Assembly: GCA_017506175.1 (NCBI GenBank)
Contig: JAFVNW010000060.1
Location: 11,490-75,489, forward strand
Direction: 5' to 3'
From: Bacteroidales bacterium
GTDB taxonomy: Bacteria > Bacteroidota > Bacteroidia > Bacteroidales > WCHB1-69
Length of the DNA stretch: 64,000 nucleotides
Shown: piece after piece, positions 1 to 8,534 of the stretch
Numbering within the stretch: the first letter of the stretch is position 1
Layout of the letters: the number at the start of each line of letters is the position of its first letter
Notes under the pieces: model-generated
The model's input: only the letters and a program-made list of their open reading frames with translations
Told to the model about the DNA's origin: nothing
Databases searched by the model: none
Made by a program: the position numbers and the translations under genes

Positions 1-2
1 AA

Positions 3-701
3 TATTCTCATGCCAATCGCATTAATCGTATGGGAGAAGAAACTTATGATGTGGTAAGGAACAATATTCAGTTGTGCATTGATGAGAAAATGCCATACAG
101 TCTTTCCATAACCATTTCGGAGAACACTTTGCGAAACAAAGATGCGGTATTGCAAGAAATACTCTCATTGGAACCTTTGACCATTGCTTTCAATATGCTT
201 ATTCCCAATAAGCACCTGACCCCATCTGACACTTATTATGAAAAAGCCACAGACTTTATGATCGATTGTTTTAAGCAATTAAGAAATAAAGGGTTATATG
301 AAGATAGGATGATGCGAAAGGTGCAGGCTTTTATTGACAATAAACTATATCTCTACGATTGTTGCGCTTCGGGCGGAAATCAGCTTGTTATTGCACCTGA
401 TGGCGGTATTGGCATTTGTCATGGTTATTTGAATGACCGAAAGTATTTCTCATCAAATGTAAGGGATGAATATTTTGATTTCCGCAAGAGTTCCGATTTC
501 ACATATTGGAAAAAGCGATCACCAATTTTTATGTCTGAATGTCAGGATTGCGAGTGTTTGGGGATATGCGGTGGCGGATGCCCTTATGCGGCAGATTACA
601 TGCATGGTTCTATCTATGCACTGGATGATAGATTTTGCATCCATGCAAAAAGAATTGTTAGGTGGTTGATTGAAGATTTGTACATGAATACAAAAAAATA
701 A
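3..701 (+). CDS. radical SAM/SPASM-domain enzyme, C-terminal portion (5' end lies upstream of the window)
   Basis: The frame is open back to the window edge (YSHANRINR precedes the Met at 30). It has auxiliary-cluster cysteines typical of SPASM domains: DCCASGGNQLVIAPDGGIGICHG ... CQDCECLGICGGGCPY. Confidence 0.8.
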   Translation, partial: YSHANRINRMGEETYDVVRNNIQLCIDEKMPYSLSITISENTLRNKDAVLQEILSLEPLTIAFNMLIPNKHLTPSDTYYEKATDFMIDCFKQLRNKGLYEDRMMRKVQAFIDNKLYLYDCCASGGNQLVIAPDGGIGICHGYLNDRKYFSSNVRDEYFDFRKSSDFTYWKKRSPIFMSECQDCECLGICGGGCPYAADYMHGSIYALDDRFCIHAKRIVRWLIEDLYMNTKK

Positions 702-713
702 GAGACCAATGAT

Positions 714-1817
714 ATGAGTAGTGCCGTCAAAACTTGTATAAATGATTTTATAAATAGGATAACCCCTATTATAAAGGTTGTAGATTACTGTAATTTCACT
801 TGTGATTTTTGCCGTTATCCCGATTACCCATATAAATCGGCTATGCCATTTTCAACTTATAAAACCATTGTGGAGAAAGCATGTGATTATAATATTTCAA
901 ATGGTTGTTATTGTCAAAGTGTTATTTTTCATGGTGGTGAACCTTTATTGTGGGGGTATGACAACTTTGTATCTGCAATCGGATTTCAGAAAGTTTTAAC
1001 AGAACAATATCCCGGAATAGAATTCAGAAACAGTATACAAACCAATGGATCATTATTAGACGACCGATGGATTGATTTTTTTTCAGAGAACAACTTTGAT
1101 GTTGGAATTTCAATAGATGGACCTGAAGAAATAAATTTTCATAAGAATCCTTTAGGTAGTGGAACTGTATTAGAAAAAATACATAAATTGTCACAAAAGA
1201 ATTGTAAATTCGGGATACTATCAGTAATTACTAACGCTCATGCAGGTTATGCTGATAAATACTACGATTTTTTAGTTGAGCAAAACATTCATTCTGTCGG
1301 TTTTTGCTATTGTGTGTACGATGAAGATAAACACGTTACGGTTGAAAACAATATTCTTACGGATTTTTTGAAACGTTTTTTTGTTCGATATTTTGAAGGA
1401 AAATATCAATTGAGTGTAAGGGAATTCGACAACATTCTTAAATTGTGTCTTGGGCATCACACAGGTGCATGTACATTTTCAAAAAGGCAAAGGTGCGGTA
1501 ATTTTTTTTCGATTAGGCCTAATGGCGATGTGTTCTTTTGTGACCCTTATGCATTGGAAGTACCACCACTTGGTAATATTCTAAATGAAACTTTTTCGGA
1601 TATTAAATCAAAGCCTGAATTGTTAAAAATCATTATTTTGGCGAGGGAGAGTATTTTATTAAAATGTGATAGTTGTGAGATTAAAAACGTTTGCGGTGGT
1701 GGGTGTTATAGGCACACTTGGGAGAATGGGGAAAACGCTTTTTGCGATACATTTAAAGTCTTGTACCCTTTTATTAATGCATATATTAATTCATTCAACA
1801 AAATGAGGAAGTCATAA
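714..1817 (+). CDS. radical SAM/SPASM-domain peptide-modifying enzyme (367 aa)
   Basis: CxxxCxxC SAM-cluster motif (DYCNFTCDFCRY), plus GGEPLL and QTNGSLL motifs. C-terminal SPASM pattern CGNFFSIRPNGDVFFCD ... CDSCEIKNVCGGGCYRH. It starts 12 nt after the preceding rSAM gene. Confidence 0.88.
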   Translation: MSSAVKTCINDFINRITPIIKVVDYCNFTCDFCRYPDYPYKSAMPFSTYKTIVEKACDYNISNGCYCQSVIFHGGEPLLWGYDNFVSAIGFQKVLTEQYPGIEFRNSIQTNGSLLDDRWIDFFSENNFDVGISIDGPEEINFHKNPLGSGTVLEKIHKLSQKNCKFGILSVITNAHAGYADKYYDFLVEQNIHSVGFCYCVYDEDKHVTVENNILTDFLKRFFVRYFEGKYQLSVREFDNILKLCLGHHTGACTFSKRQRCGNFFSIRPNGDVFFCDPYALEVPPLGNILNETFSDIKSKPELLKIIILARESILLKCDSCEIKNVCGGGCYRHTWENGENAFCDTFKVLYPFINAYINSFNKMRKS

Positions 1818-1885
1818 TTGTAGTGTGACTTTTGTTTTTCTTAGAACCGATGGGCTCAATGGGATATAACGGAGCGAAAAGTATT

Positions 1886-2032
1886 ATGAGTAATGGAGAA
1901 AGAATTTTGGAGGGCATGAATGATTTCCGTAATTCACCAAAAATCGAGTGTAAAGATTATCCTGTTTGGGATGGTGACAGATGGGATGACTCTTGGTCGC
2001 ATGATAGCTGGCAGGATTCACACGGAAACTAA
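1886..2032 (+). CDS. Trp/Asp-rich small peptide, candidate RiPP precursor A (48 aa from ATG 1886; the ORF track extends it to TTG 1832)
   Basis: MSNGERILEGMNDFRNSPKIECKDYPVWDGDRWDDSWSHDSWQDSHGN. It shares an N-terminal NGERxLE motif and a VWxxDxW core with the ORF at 2219. It is on the same strand, directly after two rSAM/SPASM genes. Confidence 0.6.
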   Translation: MSNGERILEGMNDFRNSPKIECKDYPVWDGDRWDDSWSHDSWQDSHGN

Positions 2033-2040
2033 TTGACAAA

Positions 2041-2079
2041 AACAGAATATTTTTCTATTGAAGAATATTCTGTTTTTCC
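2041..2079 (+). terminator. rho-independent terminator-like hairpin after peptide A
   Basis: Perfect 11-bp stem AACAGAATATT (2041-2051) / AATATTCTGTT (2064-2074) with a 12-nt loop, running into TTTTT. Confidence 0.7.
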
Positions 2080-2218
2080 TTAGTACATGACAAAATTTGT
2101 TAAAGTCTGATAGCCAGCGGATTAGCTATAGACAAGAACGCAGGTATCGGTATTTCATAGTCGTTTCTGTCTCTGAGAAGGAACTCGGTGACGATGTCCA
2201 GACCGTAGCGGTAGTATT

Positions 2219-2437
2219 ATGAGTAAAACGAATGGCGAAAGGCAACTTGAATATTTACAAAATGAGGCTGACGTTTATGACGACGTTTGGTCGCGTGACG
2301 GTTGGGCTGAATGGGGTGATGAGATTAAAAATGAAGTTCTTGGAACATGGAATGATGATATAGGTGATTGGCCAATGAATTCATGGTCAAAAGGAAAATA
2401 CGATGATATTTATGATGTAAAAGGTGAAGGAGATTAA
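2219..2437 (+). CDS. Trp/Asp-rich small peptide, candidate RiPP precursor B (72 aa)
   Basis: MSKTNGERQLEYLQNEADVYDDVWSRDGWAEWGDE...: 6 Trp, 12 Asp, no Cys. The leader and first core motif are paralogous to peptide A, with synonymous nucleotide differences (GGA/GGC, AGA/AGG). Confidence 0.6.
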   Translation: MSKTNGERQLEYLQNEADVYDDVWSRDGWAEWGDEIKNEVLGTWNDDIGDWPMNSWSKGKYDDIYDVKGEGD

Positions 2438-2560
2438 TCAATGAATTAGTACACGATAATAGCTTGCAAGTTGTTTGGTAAAATTGAATATTATAACTTT
2501 ACCCAAATTCAATTCATAAATACCAGTGTTTAACATTAACTATGTAGTACATGTTGATTT

Positions 2561-3043
2561 ATGCCTAAAGCCCTATTAATAGTAGATGTTCAGAATGGCT
2601 TCGTCAATGAGAAGACAAAGCACATCCCGAGGCTTGTTGAGAAACTGCAATACAACTATGACCTTGTCATCGCGACAAGGTTCATCAATTTGCCAGATTC
2701 CCCATTTAGGAGACTAATCAAGTGGAATCGTCTTTCACCAGGCACAAATGAAATAGATCTTGCTTTCAAGCCTAAAGAGGGGATTGTGGTTGTTGACAAG
2801 TACATCTATTCCTGTATTGATGAAACGTTTCTGCGTTTGTTGGAAGACAAGGGGATAGAAGCGGTGGATATTTGCGGAATAGACACTGATATATGTGTCA
2901 CCAAATGCGCTGTGGATCTTTTCGAACGGAATATGACTCCATACGTTTTGAGGGACTATTGCGCCACCCATGCGGATGCTGATATCCAAGAGGCGGCGTT
3001 GGTGATATTGGCGAGATATATCGGCAAATCCCAAATCATATGA
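2561..3043 (+). CDS. isochorismatase-family cysteine hydrolase (nicotinamidase-like)
   Basis: LLIVDVQNGF N-terminal Asp motif and GIDTDICVTKCAVD catalytic Cys motif; about 160 aa, the typical family size. Confidence 0.8.
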   Translation: MPKALLIVDVQNGFVNEKTKHIPRLVEKLQYNYDLVIATRFINLPDSPFRRLIKWNRLSPGTNEIDLAFKPKEGIVVVDKYIYSCIDETFLRLLEDKGIEAVDICGIDTDICVTKCAVDLFERNMTPYVLRDYCATHADADIQEAALVILARYIGKSQII

Positions 3044-3046
3044 TGT

Positions 3047-4204
3047 ATGGAAGCCTATTGTACCAGCATAATTCCCGTTAAGTTTTCCGATGCGAAATTA
3101 ACAAGGGAAATCATCAATGTTTGCAAAGAAAAGCAGATGTTGTTTGATTATAGTAATTATAAGGGGACGATTAATTTAAAGGCTATTCCAGACATTAATG
3201 TTGGACAATTTGATTTCTACTATATTCCATCCTCCAAAACAGATATTCAATGTGCTTTCAGCGAAAGTACATTGACTCTTATCCTTACTTGGAAGAACGC
3301 ATACGCTGATTATTATTCTTTAGTGAATCAATCTTTGGGTGATAGAAAGCAACTCGTCAAGAGAATCCTTGCGTATGCGCCGAATGATGAAAACCTTGTA
3401 CCTCTTATGAAAATACTTGAAAGATATAGGGAGAATGGTCTTGCTATCAACTACGCATTCACATTTTACTCAATATATGACGAGAATTTCACGGAAGTAA
3501 GCGAACAGCACTTGAAAGTGTTGGCAGAACCTTCAATTATTAATATGGACGATATGTTGTCATCAATAGACACAACTGTAGTCTATAATTCAAAGACCAA
3601 AATCAACAAGGAAATTCTAAAGACAATCAAAGACGTAGATATCTACAGTGCACAGAAAACTTTTATAACATGGGCATCCATTGTATCCATGACGAAAAGC
3701 AAAGATGTGTTTGTGAAAAACCATATCACATTGACATTAATAGAACTGCTTGTGCAAAGGATATGGAATTTGTGCTATTCGCAGAACATTAGACTGAACG
3801 ATTGCATCACCAATATAAAGAAACGGTCAAAAGACACAGATAAAATTATTGTTGAAACCTATAGGATTTTAATAGAATCTAAGAATTGTATCTCGGCAAC
3901 CTACTCCAGCAGGTTATCTGGCATATATTCGGCAATTGTAGAGTCAAGCCAACTGTCAAATAATGTAGGAGATTTGGAGCAGAAACTAAATTATCTGATA
4001 GTGTTCACAAACAACATTAACCAGCGAAAGAACCGTTATCTGCAGCAAAGTTCTGAAATATTGCTTTTTCTCATTGCCATTGCCCAAGTGGTTCCTCTTT
4101 TTTTCAATCTGCCCATTGTGACTCATAATATGATTAGTGTAGGGACCGTTGTGGGTGTATGCGTTCTTGGCATACTGCTTATCCGTTCCAAGTATCGAAG
4201 TTGA
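3047..4204 (+). CDS. hypothetical protein with a large soluble N-domain and two C-terminal transmembrane helices
   Basis: 385-aa ORF starting 4 nt after the isochorismatase stop. The C-terminus ILLFLIAIAQVVPLFFNLPIV ... ISVGTVVGVCVLGILLI gives two hydrophobic helices. No catalytic motif recognised. Confidence 0.6.
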   Translation: MEAYCTSIIPVKFSDAKLTREIINVCKEKQMLFDYSNYKGTINLKAIPDINVGQFDFYYIPSSKTDIQCAFSESTLTLILTWKNAYADYYSLVNQSLGDRKQLVKRILAYAPNDENLVPLMKILERYRENGLAINYAFTFYSIYDENFTEVSEQHLKVLAEPSIINMDDMLSSIDTTVVYNSKTKINKEILKTIKDVDIYSAQKTFITWASIVSMTKSKDVFVKNHITLTLIELLVQRIWNLCYSQNIRLNDCITNIKKRSKDTDKIIVETYRILIESKNCISATYSSRLSGIYSAIVESSQLSNNVGDLEQKLNYLIVFTNNINQRKNRYLQQSSEILLFLIAIAQVVPLFFNLPIVTHNMISVGTVVGVCVLGILLIRSKYRS

Positions 4205-4234
4205 CAAAGATAAACACTCAAAACATAAAAATTC

Positions 4235-5137
4235 ATGTCAAATAATTCAATCGAATGCCGCGTTTTCATTATTTCATTGCTCCTCACCGCAACCCTCTTC
4301 TCTTGCGGCAACAAGCACAACAGTCAAACAGAGACTGATATGCACAAGTTCACCCCGAAGTTCCCTCAAAAGACCGTGTGGATTCACCATGGCGGCAATG
4401 AGTCCACCGCAATCACCTTTTCCTCGATGGAGGAGGCGGAATGGAAGTTGGTGCATAATGTGCCCAACTGTTCGTATGAAGATTTTGAAAAAATACTCCT
4501 GTCCGACCCTTCGTCAATGGATTACCCGTTCGATTCACTTTTCTGTGATGAAAAATTTTTCTGCGATGTTTTCCCACCTGTCACCTCCGAAGACGGCAAT
4601 GTGCGATGTTTCGGACTATACCCACATTCCGCACACGAAATGCCTATGATGCTGGCATTTTACAAACAAGACGGAAAAGTTTACAAGGCCGCCGACGAAA
4701 GGAGCGAAGATTGCCACTATTGCCTCAATCCCGACACCATATTCACTTTTCAAACCGGCAGCTCCACTCTCTATTTTGTCTGGGGATACAATGGCTATAC
4801 AGGCAGTGGAGACAGCTACAGGTTGTGTGCTTACGAGTTGGACGACACAGGACTGCACCCCGCTTTCGTTTTTGAAGAGAAGGGCGGATTAAGCGGTTAT
4901 GAAGAAGATGGTCAAAGCCTCTACACTGAAATCTGCACGAATGATGACATGTATGATACTTTGTCGGAACATCATTTTAGAACATTGGGGTATTTTGACC
5001 CAAACGAATCCGCCGTTTATATCCGAACTTATGTGCATAAAGATATAGATGAGTATGGCTGCTCGACCCAAATAACCGATGATTATCGGAAATTTGTTTG
5101 GAACGGCAAAAAGTTTGTGTGTGAAAATATTTTTTAA
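4235..5137 (+). CDS. hypothetical lipoprotein
   Basis: Signal peptide with lipobox (LLLTATLFSCGNK). The C-terminal WNGKKF motif is shared with the next ORF. Confidence 0.65.
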   Translation: MSNNSIECRVFIISLLLTATLFSCGNKHNSQTETDMHKFTPKFPQKTVWIHHGGNESTAITFSSMEEAEWKLVHNVPNCSYEDFEKILLSDPSSMDYPFDSLFCDEKFFCDVFPPVTSEDGNVRCFGLYPHSAHEMPMMLAFYKQDGKVYKAADERSEDCHYCLNPDTIFTFQTGSSTLYFVWGYNGYTGSGDSYRLCAYELDDTGLHPAFVFEEKGGLSGYEEDGQSLYTEICTNDDMYDTLSEHHFRTLGYFDPNESAVYIRTYVHKDIDEYGCSTQITDDYRKFVWNGKKFVCENIF

Positions 5138-5139
5138 AC

Positions 5140-6303
5140 GTGCCCTATGAAGATCTTCAAATTTCCCCTCTGCTATGGCTGGCTGCCCTGATACTGGCTG
5201 CCCTGCTGGGTGGATGCAATAAAAAAAATCCCGCACCGGGCAGCAAGGCGTATTATGCTTCCCTCGAGGAGTACTATAATATCGGATGTGACGGGGATTA
5301 TATTCCTGAACATTTTGCGTATGCAGAAGCACTGCGTGACTTAGGAGAAAAACTGCTGCATGATAAAGCCACTTTTGACCAGGACCTGTCGGCGGAATTA
5401 GACAGTCTGGACATCAAGATGACCTCATCGCCAGATGGTAAATTGAAAATCTACACATGGCACGATGGTTACGAAGGCACGATGGTTTGCCATAATAGTA
5501 TCTATCAAACCTATCGCAATGGTAAGTTCTATGCCAGTTTCATGGAGGATTTTGATGAAGTGCCCTTGCACATCTGGCAGGTGGAATCTGCGAAAGGTCC
5601 TGTTTACCTTGTCCATTTTTTCTTTCAGGAGTCCAGTTCAATGATTGCCTTAGGAGTGAGTTCCTTTGTGTTGGACAGAAAAGGACAACTGAAGCCGACT
5701 GAAGTTTTCGAATGGGACAACGAGACCCACAAAACAGCAGAAGGATTATCTGATTGTATTTATACCGAAAAATATCTTCAGCTTCCACCATCTGCTGATT
5801 GCAAAGGTGGATGGGCTGACAATTTCTTCTTTAACGAATCTGGCAAGGATTTGTATTTGCCCTATTTCTTCAAACAATGGGAACCCTATGCAGATGAAAC
5901 CATGCACGACTATTATCACCATTTTGAATGGAATGGTGAAAAATTCAGATATTTGAATCTAAAATACGACCCAATACTGGGGAAATATTTAGATGAAGCA
6001 GGCTGGCTGACTATCGAATTTGAGGTTGGAAAATCGATTGTCCGGATTGACAAAACGGTTGACGACACTTACCGCTATATCGCGTGGAAAAAGGATAAAA
6101 TGTTTTCTGCCCCGCCAGATCTGATTATAACAGATGGTTGGTATCATGAAGTTGACCACCTGTTCCATTTTGTCAACAAAGACCATGAATACGTTTTCAA
6201 TACGTTGGATAATCATTTGCACATTTATCAAACAGACCCCCAGCGGGGCATAAGGCGAGAAATCGCTAATTATGAAATTGAGGATGTCTATTCCAATTTA
6301 TAG
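5140..6303 (+). CDS. hypothetical lipoprotein (start uncertain: GTG 5140, or ATG 5147 plus a 1-nt indel)
   Basis: Lipobox LAALLGGCNKK. It is paralogous in its C-terminal part to 4235..5137 (FEWNGEKF). The N-region from GTG is acidic; see findings. Confidence 0.6.
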   Translation: MPYEDLQISPLLWLAALILAALLGGCNKKNPAPGSKAYYASLEEYYNIGCDGDYIPEHFAYAEALRDLGEKLLHDKATFDQDLSAELDSLDIKMTSSPDGKLKIYTWHDGYEGTMVCHNSIYQTYRNGKFYASFMEDFDEVPLHIWQVESAKGPVYLVHFFFQESSSMIALGVSSFVLDRKGQLKPTEVFEWDNETHKTAEGLSDCIYTEKYLQLPPSADCKGGWADNFFFNESGKDLYLPYFFKQWEPYADETMHDYYHHFEWNGEKFRYLNLKYDPILGKYLDEAGWLTIEFEVGKSIVRIDKTVDDTYRYIAWKKDKMFSAPPDLIITDGWYHEVDHLFHFVNKDHEYVFNTLDNHLHIYQTDPQRGIRREIANYEIEDVYSNL

Positions 6304-6456
6304 TTTTCCTTCTTTGCTTCTATTTTGTTGATTTTGGAGCGCTTGCCGAAAGTTTTTTTCGACAAGCATTCCATCACCAATTGCTATTTCGTACATTTTT
6401 TCCGTCACTTCGTACATTCCCCGGATTTAGAATCAGTTTCTAAGGTGTTTATATTG

Positions 6457-6464
6457 TACTTTTG
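6457..6464 (+). promoter_or_regulatory. Bacteroidota -7 promoter box (TACTTTTG)
   Basis: Matches the TAnnTTTG consensus, 50 nt upstream of ATG 6514. Confidence 0.5.
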
Positions 6465-6513
6465 CCGCCGATTTTAATCGCACAGGCAATAATTAACCAT
6501 TAACCACCATACT

Positions 6514-7590
6514 ATGGAAGCAAAACAAAACACAGAACAGTCACCTTCAGAAGAGGGTGGCCAACAGCAGCCACACGATGGCTACTGCTTTTTGGGAATC
6601 AGATTTAACTCTGATGCAATCCAAGGCACTGACTACAAGGAAATCGCAGCAAGACTTTTCGTGTCGTCCCGTATTCCATGCGACCGAGTCAATGCAATTG
6701 TCAACAATTTGGAGAGCGGAAAGATGTCGATGGACAGTTTTTTGCGACGGACTGACTTTCAAATCGACCAATTGCGTAATCGTGAGGAAGACTTTACCTA
6801 CAAGATGTCTCTTAAAATCGATGACTGGATTGACAATTTCGGTTTCAGGCCGGAACAAATTGACTTCATCACAGAACATTTCGGCTTCACTTTTGATGAT
6901 CTTAATGGAAAATGCGATTCTGCGCAGGAAAATCTGTCGTTAGAGCCAGATATTCCATTTGTGTTTCATGAGGATGACTTTGCTTTCACCGAGATGGACG
7001 ATGAAGTTGAGTGCGACGTTGAAGGCGACAACGCGGGCTTGGCGGACGAACAGGATGAGCAGAGGTTGATTCCACAGAAAAGCACGTTTGATACCATTGT
7101 CAAGACGTTCAAGGAACTGCCAACGTATAATTACTACTACCGTTTCTTTACGCCGGTCGAGTATTGCCACCCGCATTTCGAGGAGTGCAGTGAGGAGCTG
7201 TGGGTGGTGCTCTACCAGCTTCTTTGGGGTAGCTTGGATGTGAATTGTCATTTGGAGGAACAGCTGGACGGTTCGTTTGAGCTTGTTTTTTGCGATGAAG
7301 ATGGATGGAAAAGCTGCGTTAGCGATCTTGGAATCGATGAAGTGTATGTTCTCGCTATGCGCTTGTTGGTTGATCTTGGGATTTGGATTTTCCATTTGAT
7401 GGATCCTGAGAATTTGAATGCGGAGGTTGAAATCGAATACAGGGAAGGAGAGCTGATTGCAAAAGAGGAGTTTTTCTCCTTTTTCAATCAGGAGGTGTAC
7501 AGTTCCGAAGATACCGTTTTAGCAACACTGTCTAAAATGTATGACAGAATCGTACAGTGCGATTCAGAATCCTTTCCCTATTGCTGCTAA
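6514..7590 (+). CDS. hypothetical, strongly acidic cytoplasmic protein
   Basis: 358-aa ORF rich in D/E (for example DDEVECDVEGDNAGLADEQDEQ). No signal peptide and no recognised domain. Confidence 0.6.
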   Translation: MEAKQNTEQSPSEEGGQQQPHDGYCFLGIRFNSDAIQGTDYKEIAARLFVSSRIPCDRVNAIVNNLESGKMSMDSFLRRTDFQIDQLRNREEDFTYKMSLKIDDWIDNFGFRPEQIDFITEHFGFTFDDLNGKCDSAQENLSLEPDIPFVFHEDDFAFTEMDDEVECDVEGDNAGLADEQDEQRLIPQKSTFDTIVKTFKELPTYNYYYRFFTPVEYCHPHFEECSEELWVVLYQLLWGSLDVNCHLEEQLDGSFELVFCDEDGWKSCVSDLGIDEVYVLAMRLLVDLGIWIFHLMDPENLNAEVEIEYREGELIAKEEFFSFFNQEVYSSEDTVLATLSKMYDRIVQCDSESFPYCC

Positions 7591-7643
7591 GGGTACCCAA
7601 ACCATAAAATAATCAAATCATTAACCATTTAAAAATCAAAACT

Positions 7644-8534
7644 ATGGAAAACAATTCATCAGAGATGCTGCATGAGGAGCAGCAAAAAAACGCTCAAGAT
7701 CAGATTCAACAGGACGCAGGAGCAGAACAGGAAAACCCGAACTCTTCTGAAGATCAAGCCCCTATGGAGGAAGGGGAGAAAGGAACTGCCTTAGGCAGCG
7801 CATTCAGGAAGTTTAGTGGCGCCACGCTGGGCATCGTCTCAGCACTGTTCTCCATCGGGGTTGTGATAAGTGTCCTGTGGGGGATTGTCTTGCTTTGCGA
7901 GACCGGTTACGACCGCTGGTTCGGAGAACTTTACGGTGAAAAAATCGGAAATGAGGGCCTCGTTTATGTATCTTGCGAAAAAGCCATTATGAAACAACGC
8001 CCCAACAAGAAAATCCTTACGGATATCACAAGCCTTGAGGAGCTCAACAACCAGACTGGTATCGTATGCCAGCACGGTAAAAAAGGCATCATTGATTTGA
8101 ACACCGCAAAGTTCTTGTTGCCGGCACGCTACAACGACATCTGGACCACCACTCGCGACACTATTATGGCCGCTACGGATGATACGGTTTACACGATTGC
8201 CCTATCGGGATGGACTGTTGTCAAGCATGAGCCGACCGCCAGCTTCTATCGTGCCATCCGTGCCATCTACGAGGATGATTACTATGATAGGTATGGCGCG
8301 GAGCTGCTAATCTACGAATACACGGACTACACTGGCCGTTGCGGACTGATGAGCAAGGAGTTCAAGAAACTGACCCCCGCAATCTACACAACCATTGACG
8401 CGGTATCTGGACGCAATGATGTTTTCCTTTGCCGTTTTGATGAATGTAATAAAGATGAAGAATATGACGTTAACAACTGCATTGGCGAATTGCGGAACAT
8501 TAAAGGGGAAAGGGTAGAATATGTGCAACATTAA
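7644..8534 (+). CDS. membrane-anchored protein with degenerate WG-repeat-like C-terminal domain
   Basis: Low-complexity N-terminus, one TM helix (LGIVSALFSIGVVISVLWGIVLLC), then repeats resembling WG/KWG repeats (GKKGIIDLNTAKFLLPARYNDIW; GRCGLMSKEFKKLTPAIYTTIDAV). Confidence 0.55.
   Translation: MENNSSEMLHEEQQKNAQDQIQQDAGAEQENPNSSEDQAPMEEGEKGTALGSAFRKFSGATLGIVSALFSIGVVISVLWGIVLLCETGYDRWFGELYGEKIGNEGLVYVSCEKAIMKQRPNKKILTDITSLEELNNQTGIVCQHGKKGIIDLNTAKFLLPARYNDIWTTTRDTIMAATDDTVYTIALSGWTVVKHEPTASFYRAIRAIYEDDYYDRYGAELLIYEYTDYTGRCGLMSKEFKKLTPAIYTTIDAVSGRNDVFLCRFDECNKDEEYDVNNCIGELRNIKGERVEYVQH

Noticed and set aside
714-1817. The rSAM/SPASM enzyme as an anaerobic sulfatase-maturating enzyme.
   Set aside because: Not excluded by sequence alone. 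However, no sulfatase is nearby, two such enzymes sit in tandem, and they are followed by paralogous small peptides. Kept as the stated refutation test for the RiPP hypothesis.
1832-1885. N-terminal extension of peptide A from TTG 1832 (MFFLEPMGSMGYNGAKSI).
   Set aside because: The ATG at 1886 gives an N-terminus (MSNGER) homologous to the start of peptide B (MSKTNGER). The extension has no counterpart.
4149-4649. 166-aa ORF overlapping the end of 3047..4204 and the start of the lipoprotein gene.
   Set aside because: It is out of frame with two better-supported genes, is rich in Ser/Pro/Arg, and has no signal or motif.
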